Made by a program: the position numbers and the translations under genes. A stretch of 20,000 nucleotides of DNA from IMG/VR virus record IMGVR_UViG_3300020047_007813; one strand, 5' to 3'. This document shows, one piece after another, positions 13,601-18,299 of the stretch. The notes beneath the pieces were generated by a model that was given only the letters and a program-made list of their open reading frames with translations, did not search any database and had not been told where the DNA came from. Each line of letters begins with the position of its first letter. Position 1 is the stretch's first letter. Origin of the DNA: an uncultured virus (IMG/VR IMGVR_UViG_3300020047_007813) (lineage: Duplodnaviria; Heunggongvirae; Uroviricota; Caudoviricetes).

Positions 13601-15939
13601 GACGGGTTTGAAGCGGGTGTTGGTGGAGGCGTGGTTTTTGGCTCTGCTGCAGGAGCTTCCGCTGCAGGTTGGTCCTTGCCCGTTACGTCCTCGTAGCTGT
13701 TGTCAACTTTTTTACCGAATACCGATTTCTCTAATGCATCAGCACGTTTGCGCATTTCATCAGCACTTCGAGAGTTGTCGTAAATTCGGGTTGCATACTC
13801 TTTAGCCTCTGCCATTGGCATTTCGCCATTGTTATCATTGCGCTTAACGGTATATTCTTGATAAATATCCATTGAGTTGTTGTCAAGATCGTTGGCTGCT
13901 TTGCGCAATGCCTCGGGAGTACTGAATGGGCTTACCGCAACCGACTTTAGATTGCCGGGCATGGCTATTAGTGTGTTTGCAGCAAAGTCAATTATCACTT
14001 TTTTTGTAAAGTCTGTTATGCCGCTGCCAAAGGTTTTTTCAAGCTGTGTGATAATATCTCTGTTTGTTGCCAATGCCGAGCCTATACTTTCGGTAACGCC
14101 ACCAAATTCCATAGCGGATGTTCCGTACATACCTTTCTCCAAACTCGACACAATAAACGGTGCGATAATGGCTCCTATTTTGCCTTTAGGCGTTACCGAC
14201 ATCCTATACTTTCCCAAATACCCGGGCAACATAAATCCAGGTGCAGACATAGGGTCTAGCCCTGCAAGCTCAAACTTTGCAGCCTCAATACCACTCTCCA
14301 TTAAAAAAGCTGTGGTTTTATCCAAAACAGACGCGCTTCTTTTTAAAGACGCAACCACTTTAGGTATTGCCGCAAAGTTGGCCATACCGCCAGTAACGAC
14401 TTCCGCAGCCACCAGCTTTGGCATAATCCCAACAATACCGCCCACTGCGCTCCCCAATTCTCCTTCAAAAGAATCCTCGTATTCTGCCTTCATTTCTTTA
14501 GGCACCATCTTGTCATCCTTGGCCGAGTTCAATATAGTCTGCAGTCCTTGGTAATAGTCCTTTGTGGTTAAATCGCCACTGTCATCACCTTTAAAAAACG
14601 TGATTTCGTTTGCAACTCCTTGTTTAAAACGGTCTGTAAACTGCGTAAACCCTCCTTCTCGGATAGTTCCGGGGTTTTGGTTTATCATTATGGCTTTGTT
14701 GAGCGCATCGTAATTAAGCATGGCTTCATTACGTTTTGCGTCAATATTTTCTGCGGATGCTTTTACAGCCTTTGCATCATTGCTTACGTTTGGGTTGCCT
14801 CCATCAGCAAGCAACGCCTGAACGCTTTGCGCAAGCATTTTGTCGTTGGTTTCCTTTAACTTATCCCAATACTGCACTTTGCTATACGCCTCGTTACGGA
14901 GGTCAAGTAGCTTGTCTTTATAGCTATACTGCTCTGCCAACTGATTTACTTGTTGAGCATACTCTACAGCCTCCTGAGATGCATTTTCCTTACCCACCAT
15001 TTCACCGGTCTTGGGATCGTATAGCATTTTTGAGCCTTGTGCTTTAAGCGATTTTGCTTGTTGCTGAAGGTCGGCAAGTTTTATTCTGTCCTCTGGGGAT
15101 TGCTTGGGCTTTTGAACTATGGCATCAATTTGCGTATTCAGTCCATATATAGTTCTGTCATCAGGCGACAATCTGTTTACCGCAAACTGATCACGCTTAT
15201 TTTGCATTGCCTCCTCAACTGCGCCATCTAAGTCAGCGCCTTCTCCTTTGCCTTCTTTTGCACCTTGTCCAATAAGTCGCTGTTTGGTTTCAGCGTGTTC
15301 GGTTTGGTTTAGGAGTGGAATCTCATCGGCTTGCGACTTGTCAATATACGACTTATCTGCATCGGCCATGCCTCTCTCAATAGCCTCGTCACTAAAGCCT
15401 TGCGCTTTGAACTCGTCAAACAGTTTTTGTGATTTATCGGCATCCCGAAAAGGAGTAGCTTTTTCATCAAATTTCATTGCCGACTTTACCTTATCGGCAT
15501 CCTTGTTCACGTTCATTCGCTCTATATCGCTTGGCAATATAGGAGCTGATGGACGGGATGTACTGTTATTAACGGTAACGCTATACGGATTGCTTGGGTC
15601 GGGAGGCCCAACCATTACAGTAGATGAAGGAGTAGTTATAGCAAGTTTTTTAGCTTCTACTACCGCAGGTTTCTCAACCGGCTTAGTATTTTCTGTAGAA
15701 GGGGTTGCGGATTCCCCAGGTGGTAAAAAAGGAACGCCAGTTTGTACTTTTTTTTTTACACCCATGTCCGAACTAAAGGTGTCATAGTCCGGCAAGTCGT
15801 AATCTTTGCTTACGGCATCGTAAAGTTTCTTACGCTTAGTGTCGTCCTGCATATCCTTGCGGAACTCATCATAAGCCGGCAAGTCATATTCCTTACTGAC
15901 GTTCTCGTATAGCTTCTTTAATTTGTCGTCTTGCTCCAT
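1618..15939 (-). CDS. Giant polyvalent virion/ejection protein (4773 aa): repeat + zincin peptidase + N6-adenine MTase + SNF2 helicase (DarB-like) + LPD38-like C-terminus
   Basis: Uninterrupted 14.3 kb ORF whose start overlaps the upstream stop (TAATG at 15939). Motifs: HELAH (aa 1041), VLEPSAGIGHF, NIPF (aa 1996), GSGKS (aa 2654), DESQ (aa 2815), SGTPISN, GTGVNIQ, PWRPSDMEQRNGRGIRQGN. Confidence 0.93.
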   Translation of the reverse strand: MEQDDKLKKLYENVSKEYDLPAYDEFRKDMQDDTKRKKLYDAVSKDYDLPDYDTFSSDMGVKKKVQTGVPFLPPGESATPSTENTKPVEKPAVVEAKKLAITTPSSTVMVGPPDPSNPYSVTVNNSTSRPSAPILPSDIERMNVNKDADKVKSAMKFDEKATPFRDADKSQKLFDEFKAQGFSDEAIERGMADADKSYIDKSQADEIPLLNQTEHAETKQRLIGQGAKEGKGEGADLDGAVEEAMQNKRDQFAVNRLSPDDRTIYGLNTQIDAIVQKPKQSPEDRIKLADLQQQAKSLKAQGSKMLYDPKTGEMVGKENASQEAVEYAQQVNQLAEQYSYKDKLLDLRNEAYSKVQYWDKLKETNDKMLAQSVQALLADGGNPNVSNDAKAVKASAENIDAKRNEAMLNYDALNKAIMINQNPGTIREGGFTQFTDRFKQGVANEITFFKGDDSGDLTTKDYYQGLQTILNSAKDDKMVPKEMKAEYEDSFEGELGSAVGGIVGIMPKLVAAEVVTGGMANFAAIPKVVASLKRSASVLDKTTAFLMESGIEAAKFELAGLDPMSAPGFMLPGYLGKYRMSVTPKGKIGAIIAPFIVSSLEKGMYGTSAMEFGGVTESIGSALATNRDIITQLEKTFGSGITDFTKKVIIDFAANTLIAMPGNLKSVAVSPFSTPEALRKAANDLDNNSMDIYQEYTVKRNDNNGEMPMAEAKEYATRIYDNSRSADEMRKRADALEKSVFGKKVDNSYEDVTGKDQPAAEAPAAEPKTTPPPTPASNPSEPASSPVKTAFGTYDDMKGKTIQEVANAIDEVVGKHDEAILPLQEEIAALKKKPKTKENTALIAERQAVVDAMQIDYEDQQFEHSKEIMRGIKAEADARGIELSEDDVTNIHDDLVESLFDDRGREAIWDENFDDVVSGLLKPYEVSNAEADNASKIKERNKIIHNHLLDNNGDVAGAFKAAGYENINGIWVAPEAVEYAKKVSPEVWQHLKDKGIKYLEGGDDGRGLQKTISYDNNNIRGIGVNEIVGEYHSGHDHTVLHELAHHIWQEELTPEQKSIFTDESPVSDYAKSVKKGNETTLAKYDEEDFAELYAKNNGNIEKAIAEKQAAKPAADKNADTTSNNQSDGKDETKAQGGQEGLLKSTSPTEAVTSGGEIAASLPKGGDLKGITEIEYEDDGETMHYGTKTNKTVVSVKGMSPKEILDEINFMKDVLARTKKSIAEWPDVLKEMQSSRTSSQKDIEDATKMHKMSLQNVEQEEKLVIPFYEKHLKAKTNEQGSTIVPGDNPGEQEQEKNSTEAVVASGEATLREIQAVTTEQSGWETVTDKKEIAHIEGNSGAIIKTFGEITIHTANEVIKYKYDGDGTLVKQTSANVSAQVEKIDKHLADIENKLKLLGHYDSSGDTMKDLRENGSRTPEKKFKQDLTKYSKALAEALGYEHDTDKKGKKEYANTNIAPIGGDGTIILWKPNSEYGVYLSFKADADWGNDYAGNFGNDTLDVGEFYWRVTKKDSKYTGYGNRWDNAAITVGELANKIKDAVGEYTDKRFDNIKIPDAEEPKQKSAKEQKLDDDIDDLFDEMDRKSKGKMSSGVDPELLAIAAKIIAKYLEKGLRKLQDIAKEIYKKYGEARLREYWDALKDGYSSTYNRAEDALADEMTDPREVRKFDLEKFIEQLKSEENETNGKSGTAGESSVDQDGKGVVDGQSQSDVLPTSGQQGAGSVGGGKGGEGNRNTEPAGSQGAAPKPSGGDGTGGVTVTLNGNEEVNKDLGGTSVEQPLPDPSESTPVISQTRHNGNFVIPPNYAGPTSFSVSKKLDDNINALKILITLKNENRIATPNEQDQLFKYVGWGGIKEIGFDPNSDNGWSASNSGLKQRIGQVHDLLKELDPRNYKENIDAIKSSTLNAHYTAIPVIRGIYNVLRHAGFKGGAVLEPSAGIGHFIGAMPIDMINNSKTAAIEKDNITAEILRALYPNIISRNDGYEKVSIAPGAADLVISNIPFGTYSVYDPKFAKSKIQAIRQSTSKIHSYFFARALQDVKPGGLIAIVTSAGILDSPSNADLRKHIAKSAEFMGAIRLPNNTFKGNANTEVVTDVIFLRKFDTDETPAQPNKFIESKPATVNHKDKKQQTHEITYNQYFHKNPEMVLGKFEAGGLQTEDQMTVTSTGIDLEKGISDLAEKIFHKKIDSGNNNSEKEIENHYVKNKGQRNGNVVEVKPGVFGVISDQQAIDGNLDQKARDVNVSPDRVREGNATENDIANLAEIGLRVEDFDIKQVNKISIPKKYAGAIHDMIAIRNALNRVYASELGDYTDEAITHYKALLKTAYDDFVKAHGTILQNKTLFELDSDGHNMMALEHVEDKKVVGLADIFTKRVFEKAKRATAAENVSDAVAINLNETGSVDIDRIAELLGVSKDEAIKLGKGVIFKNPKGGFEDNTKYLSGNVRQKLNEAILAAKEDPFYNDNVTALEAVQPAPLNASQIYAPISAPWIDVKHYMDFASKLFQQDIKITRLSTGSVNVTGSDPHNTQVTDAYGTPRLNGFDLLEEVMQNRVPLVKRTVEDEDGRKTTIVDEAATAVAIEKADKIKREFDKWLWKDDKRRNELVDFYNDNFNGTIVPKNDGSHLTFPGYIGHKLRSHQMDGVWMIIQQMNGILDHIVGSGKSLIMVVAAMKMKQMGMIKKPIILGLKANTSDLARTFKDSYPMAKVLSPKEKDFSPENRKAFFAKMANNDWDAIIMTHDQFGMIQQSADIQQEIIQQEIDALEEDILAAKNNDLSKREINGLETRKLNLAVKLQNAALMKKDHSLKSFEEMGIDFMFVDESQQFKNLTYNTIQRGVAGLGDPKGSTKAFNLLFAARTLQKFYSADKGTVFASGTPISNTMVEMYLLFKYLRPNKMKELGINSFDNWANTFASVGSEIEFGVTNSLKPKTRMRNFMNVPEMATMYREIADVRNEKNLKLPRPEFKKTFRVKTSKPIAKNETIFIDGNKYRVIGGMKGLSKNEHWLSLSSVGKDIQPAKNGNFDYENVSTPYTDSEGVNGLLVNVSPTKEQRRFGKRIQEFAKTKDGSRIGRVLTDKQKKAYMLLATNLASKMAIDMRLVDPTYADSEVGKLGVAADTILEHYKESDKHKGIQLVFSDIGTPKSANPSINLFDLLESRGIDNDTLETIFGSAAFSETPRYPPIKDVRKRIATILEYSEEQIDDAITESNEATFNIYQSIKDKLVKRGIPANEIAFIHDYNTAAKKEQLFNDARSGKVRVIIGSTSKLGTGVNIQNRIVAMHHIDVPWRPSDMEQRNGRGIRQGNLITEEFYDNQLPVYYYATEYTLDAYKYQLLDTKQQFIDQAKTTDGKVREISEGDGDEENGVSFATMTAVISGNPVLLEKAKIDKKVKELDAAEKGFSQEKYTVQDKIARSEQGLSYTESRIKRNQEDIKLFESNSTKNEKTGEWNFKEVIGGVEFTERKLAGEALLQVKSDYIKEMIKAHPILSTKSIESTSFAPSGHKIVGHIAGYDIVMQADYTFESNGKAVWYEFTPSIYVVNPNNKSVQAAIKSDDPVYLGSFAHRQIRGIADDLLANEREKSAYEKDIADKEKYLSELPDEFPRAKEYEEALATQKKIDQTLSEMAAESAKALPTSDVIEADGTRIRSVNEVMDLINEGWDDEIYAISENGDVQKITSYDDLDTAEEGSKFYRYDAEAKSIDDEINDAKKDIDDLEGDNSDAGELGMNNIVTKKRVKLAAAYTKLAYLYLKKGMNKLSDFIKVIGDKAHDFIVDAWNKAKEKYTKERIAKAFDDAKIKNKLFGIMPPFNLFPAIWNGTMDFTKKAILAGTRTKPEIEKAIQDGLAHAKNELAAAGGPVMSLAEEKTFKARMRATMLRIGKTPSFALPNQPISDAEKKVAQEMFNQMLNPKDKPSTLPGKVKDFFLNLSKHIDNPFVYVTRLEDDVLKKYPNAQRMSRVPLGRVFEQSYTGPAKLAVEDFVDEVLKGLSNTELQSLHEYIAARRVIDRLKDQDNIKATGNVTIQQALAQLENIQDRLSPSQYQKVVDRGELFQKHADGIMLELYEGGLISQETLDAVMDSKDFYAPFSVVQNIFTNLTKKADGKAQSTVLHKIKGISSKPADFTLNDLNKLQAGVDHKIITQDEFYRGAQELLDGMYSAGTLTEEQYTNESIKLADPGFAVNNIFDRMAEMIYKSRILGERNKTMERIHKLREVDEDNHFFKEVEGFELRYDANGQPFMFPKNIDQIKAPEGFAPIQYKIDGKTKFIAVNEEAAKALRGINDFEMNGVMKLINLANKVARAGIITYSPSFLFANSVIDNFRSLTMSKYGAIAGKDIAEKTINAVILLPQMIEALGSGLLANFTGIRTKQYEEWMKSKSFTRGAFDDIFNDPNHKITEKINMTTPQQAMSMLKYILTAVPRLGVSLEQMPKIYTYTRGMDVEGVDRVGFTKWAKETVLRLNALSGKSGDELVAALDEIAFDTLNRSASPNFPAAGNWAKYMSGLFQFFSARVKGEFSDWRTITNTEGGTLGIRKNKVASGLAMGILKIGVYALLPMLYAAIKNMWNDDDEKSFDTVNNPDKNNNILFKTGSQFYYDGEKYDDYVKLPLRGLPATANTMVVNYIDYLKKNNPEAFKNMAVQAMSNATPINLNLNYKEGDDLAQKSMKLGNAIAANTNPLLKFGYEELRGINSYNGYPLTNERLAKAYYAGNDNIMPWEVKLKYGTQGAEDISKAIYNTTGVKVTAAFIDHLHSVMMGGILNQLDSNALSKRIYRSEELYPIKK
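1621..2560 (-). other. LPD38-like C-terminal region of the giant protein (approximate limits)
   Basis: FQFFSARVKG, a hydrophobic helix, YVKLPLRG, NPLLKFGYEELRGINSYNGYPL and AAFIDHLHSVMMGG match the PFFNA..QG / IP.P / P..E...N.....G.PI / IDHL...Y.GG pattern I recall for LPD38-bearing polyvalent proteins. Confidence 0.62.
5800..8100 (-). other. SNF2/SF2 helicase-ATPase domain (DarB/conjugative-element methylase-helicase type; approximate limits)
   Basis: LRSHQ (Q motif), Walker A GSGKS 7966-7980, Walker B DESQ 7486-7497, motif III SGTPISN, motif VI QRNGRGIRQGN around 6046-6082. Confidence 0.92.
9450..10520 (-). other. N6-adenine DNA methyltransferase domain (approximate limits)
   Basis: KKLDDNINAL...KYVGWGG, NAHYT, SAM-binding motif I VLEPSAGIGHF (about 10123-10155), catalytic motif IV NIPF (9943-9954), AIRLPNNTF, EVVTDVIFLRK. 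Confidence 0.92.
10665..10904 (-). CDS. Nested +1-frame ORF (79 aa), DUF1896/TnpV-like small helical protein inside the giant gene
   Basis: ATG with A-rich leader (ACAATTAAAATCAGAAGAAA-ATG, A at -3) and TAA stop. Amphipathic helical sequence WTKMVKEWLMDNHSQMYYRL...ELDQWAVEKVEKAIE...KGLHQSQAEEMALEEL. Coincides with the Gly/Ser-rich linker of the host frame. Confidence 0.68.
   Translation of the reverse strand: MKLTENQELLVNHRWTKMVKEWLMDNHSQMYYRLRDSKELDQWAVEKVEKAIETQSRLEAKGLHQSQAEEMALEELRSL
11946..12113 (-). CDS. Candidate nested +1-frame ORF (55 aa, basic, helical)
   Basis: Hand-translated: MNKDPLSYRATILENRNKKKTVQKLLSLREKLRLEKYRLLQQSNQDGKPSPTKKK*. A-rich leader (CACTTAAAAGCTAAAACAA-ATG). Overlies a low-complexity linker of the giant protein. 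Confidence 0.35.
   Translation of the reverse strand: MNKDPLSYRATILENRNKKKTVQKLLSLREKLRLEKYRLLQQSNQDGKPSPTKKK
12513..12590 (-). CDS. Candidate nested +1-frame basic micropeptide (25 aa, or 15 aa MAKMKPKPKGGKKGC from ATG at 12560)
   Basis: Hand-translated MRTPHLIIKAMAKMKPKPKGGKKGC*, TAA stop at 12513-12515. Lies in the linker after the zincin domain. Confidence 0.3.
   Translation of the reverse strand: MRTPHLIIKAMAKMKPKPKGGKKGC
12640..13000 (-). other. Zincin-like metallopeptidase domain (MPTase type of polyvalent proteins; approximate limits)
   Basis: TVLHELAHHIW (HExxH at 12805-12819), then SPVSDYA and EEDFAELYA, which could supply the third Glu ligand. Confidence 0.75.
15748..15757 (-). 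repeat. A10 homopolymer (coding strand) at codons 61-64 of the giant gene
   Basis: Ten consecutive T on +, read as GTA AAA AAA AAA GTA. Confidence 0.9.
15760..15930 (-). repeat. Two-copy 29-aa tandem repeat at the N-terminus of the giant protein
   Basis: KKLYENVSKEYDLPAYDEFRKDM and KKLYDAVSKDYDLPDYDTFSSDM at a period of 29 aa (87 nt). Confidence 0.92.
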
Positions 15940-17429
15940 TAGTACGGTCTTTGCTTTTTGTTTGTTTTCTTTTTGTAGGTTGCGCCAGCCTTACTCTCAG
16001 CTGCACGAACAGTGCCCATATCCATCCCATCAATTGGTGTCACGGTTTCAATGCCCATTTCATCAACTATCTTGTCAAGCGTATAGCCTCCATATTCATT
16101 ACCCAACTTAGCCCTTGACTTCGTTTCAGGATATAAAAAGTATGTTTCGGGCTGAATAACTTTTCCAAAAGAGTCCATCTTCTTAGGTATTACAAACTGT
16201 GCATACCATTTACCATCGCGTACTTCATAGCCCAAAGGTATAGCATTGGTTTGAGTAAGCGTTATAGCCTCTCCTGTAGTTGCATCAATAGCCCCTACGT
16301 CATTAGGCCCAAAGAATAGAGATTTGTTCTCCATAGCATCGTTACGTGCAATGGCTACGTGCTCACCAACTTTATTGAATGGCGTTGTTTCTATTCCTCT
16401 ATCCTTGCCGTCAATCTTAACGTTGGTTACTTTCTCGCCTGGCGTGTTTTCTTTACTATACGTGAACGCATACTTGCCGGTAGTAAGTGTGCCACCGCTT
16501 CCATTGGCTGAAAACTTAATGCCCAAGCCTTTAGGCGCGTTTCTCATTCTTTCATCTCTATCTTTTGCAAACTGAGCATCCTTTACCCCTCTGAAAAACT
16601 GATAGCCTATACGGTCAATCTCTTTTGGGTCTACCTGTTGGAGTACCGCTTCTTTTTGCGATTCATCTAACTTGTCGTAGTCAGCTCCTGCAGCTTTAGC
16701 ATATTGCTTGGCGGCTTCGTTCTGTATTTGGGTGTAAAAAGCCTTTACAGTAGGGCTATTTGTATTTTTCTTCCATGCATCATATCCCTTTCTTACATTG
16801 CCTTCATCCCATACGTTCTCCGTGATGTGGTTCATTTTGCCATCAGGCAATGCAACGTCATACCCTTTTTTGCCATGGTCAACGGCTACATTCTGTATCG
16901 CTTTCTCATAGTCGCTTTCGTTAATCTTCTTTAGCAAAAATGGCTGACGGTCTTTAACCGGTGTTTCGTAATGAGCTTTCATTTGAGCTTCCGAGTCAGG
17001 GCTATAGCTCCATGGTGTTTTAGCAAACGAGGCATACTGCGCTTGCATGTCCTGATGGTCCTTAGCTGACTTATACGCCTCAATCATCATAGCACCTTTA
17101 TCTGCATTAATTTCTGTTTCCAGTGCAGCCCTGGCATCAGGGTCAAGAGAGCCGTCATATAGCGGGCGCATTTTAGCAACTATATCATTTCTGCGCTTAG
17201 TGAAATAAGCCATGTCTGAAGGAGCTGCTTGCGGTATAGGTATATCAACGGGCTTGCCGGGCTTAGCTGCTAATGCTGCTTTTATTGCAGCAACTTTGCC
17301 TTGCCTTGCTCTTTCTTGTGCTTGCAGGTTTAGGAATACATTGGCAGCACTTACCGGCCCACTTTTAAGTATGGCGGCAGCTCCACTGTCATCCCTTCCC
17401 GAATATACTTGGCCTAATGGATCGCTCAT
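15939..17429 (-). CDS. Probable internal virion/ejection protein (496 aa)
   Basis: Long ORF coupled on both sides (TAA-T-ATG upstream, TAATG downstream). Helical A/K/Q-rich N-half, beta-rich C-half, basic tail. Position between tail gene and giant gene parallels podovirus core proteins. Function is inferred from context. Confidence 0.7.
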   Translation of the reverse strand: MSDPLGQVYSGRDDSGAAAILKSGPVSAANVFLNLQAQERARQGKVAAIKAALAAKPGKPVDIPIPQAAPSDMAYFTKRRNDIVAKMRPLYDGSLDPDARAALETEINADKGAMMIEAYKSAKDHQDMQAQYASFAKTPWSYSPDSEAQMKAHYETPVKDRQPFLLKKINESDYEKAIQNVAVDHGKKGYDVALPDGKMNHITENVWDEGNVRKGYDAWKKNTNSPTVKAFYTQIQNEAAKQYAKAAGADYDKLDESQKEAVLQQVDPKEIDRIGYQFFRGVKDAQFAKDRDERMRNAPKGLGIKFSANGSGGTLTTGKYAFTYSKENTPGEKVTNVKIDGKDRGIETTPFNKVGEHVAIARNDAMENKSLFFGPNDVGAIDATTGEAITLTQTNAIPLGYEVRDGKWYAQFVIPKKMDSFGKVIQPETYFLYPETKSRAKLGNEYGGYTLDKIVDEMGIETVTPIDGMDMGTVRAAESKAGATYKKKTNKKQRPY

Positions 17430-17430
17430 A

Positions 17431-18288
17431 TTATTGTATTCCCTTTATCATTAGCGCAGCTTGCTCAGGGGTATAACCCAATGCAACTAGCTTTGCCACT
17501 TGGTTTTGATTAAAATTATTGCTTACTTCCAATGCTGTTTGGTTAACACCATAAGCATTGGGTCCTGGAACTACTTGTGCAAATGGGTCGGCAGCATTTA
17601 CTCCCGGCATTTCACTTCTGTTATCCATCATACCATTGCCATCTACACCACCACCATACATCCCTACATCAGCCGGGTCTTCTGTTAGTTCTGCTACCTT
17701 TTGTGATGGGTCGTTTAATCCGCCATTGTTATATAAAAGTGATGTTGCAATGGATGATATGTTGTCAATAGCTCCAAACATGTTTTGCTCACCGCTGTTA
17801 CGAAGTGCGCTAGCTGCAGCCATGGATTGCAAGTAAGGGTCACGCTGGTTCCACTCCCACTCTTTATTAAACTTATCGGCCTCATATCCTGCAAGCATAG
17901 GGAGTGTGGTATGTGTGTATGCAGCTAAATCTGCAAGGTTTTGCGTTCCTGCTTTTACGCCTAACTCCTCGGTTGCTGCATTATTGTTGGCATCCAATGC
18001 TGCTATGCCCGCTGCTGCACTTGCGCCTCCTTGTTGGGTTTCAATTAGTGAACGTGTGCCGGCAGAAGTGTTGCCATCAATTTTATTTTGAATTGTGCCT
18101 TGGCCCGGAATGCCAACTATACCGGCTCGGTTTTTAGCCATACGAACGGAGTCCAATATGGCTTGTGGAATAGGCACATCTAAAAGAGGGCGTTGCTTGT
18201 CGGCAAACCCTTTCGCCAACTGTTTGTCCTTAATGCCTTGTGCAAACTTGTAAATTTCAGGTATTGCTGATGCTGCTGCTGCTAACAT
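17431..18288 (-). CDS. Probable internal virion/ejection (pilot-like) protein (285 aa)
   Basis: Ala/Gly/Gln/Asn-rich (MLAAAASAIP..., QQGGASAAAGIAALDANNN, AAASALRNSGEQNMFGAIDNISSIA), typical of small podovirus ejection proteins. Directly follows the tail-stabilisation gene. Confidence 0.72.
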   Translation of the reverse strand: MLAAAASAIPEIYKFAQGIKDKQLAKGFADKQRPLLDVPIPQAILDSVRMAKNRAGIVGIPGQGTIQNKIDGNTSAGTRSLIETQQGGASAAAGIAALDANNNAATEELGVKAGTQNLADLAAYTHTTLPMLAGYEADKFNKEWEWNQRDPYLQSMAAASALRNSGEQNMFGAIDNISSIATSLLYNNGGLNDPSQKVAELTEDPADVGMYGGGVDGNGMMDNRSEMPGVNAADPFAQVVPGPNAYGVNQTALEVSNNFNQNQVAKLVALGYTPEQAALMIKGIQ

Positions 18289-18299
18289 TGTAAATATGA

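Noticed and set aside
13877..14554. 225 aa plus-strand ORF, and similar ones at 6920-7369, 10589-11020 and 15248-15787
   Set aside because: Antisense shadows of the giant gene with S/F/L/I-biased composition and no recognisable motifs.
1618..15939. Stop-codon recoding as in some crAss-like phages (all six main genes end in TAA)
   Set aside because: 4773 codons run without in-frame TAG or TGA and genes tile fully under code 11, so there is no evidence of recoding.
18289..18299. CATATTTACA before the 285 aa gene as a second -7 promoter
   Set aside because: Two mismatches to TAnnTTTG and it abuts the ATG. More simply a translation leader.
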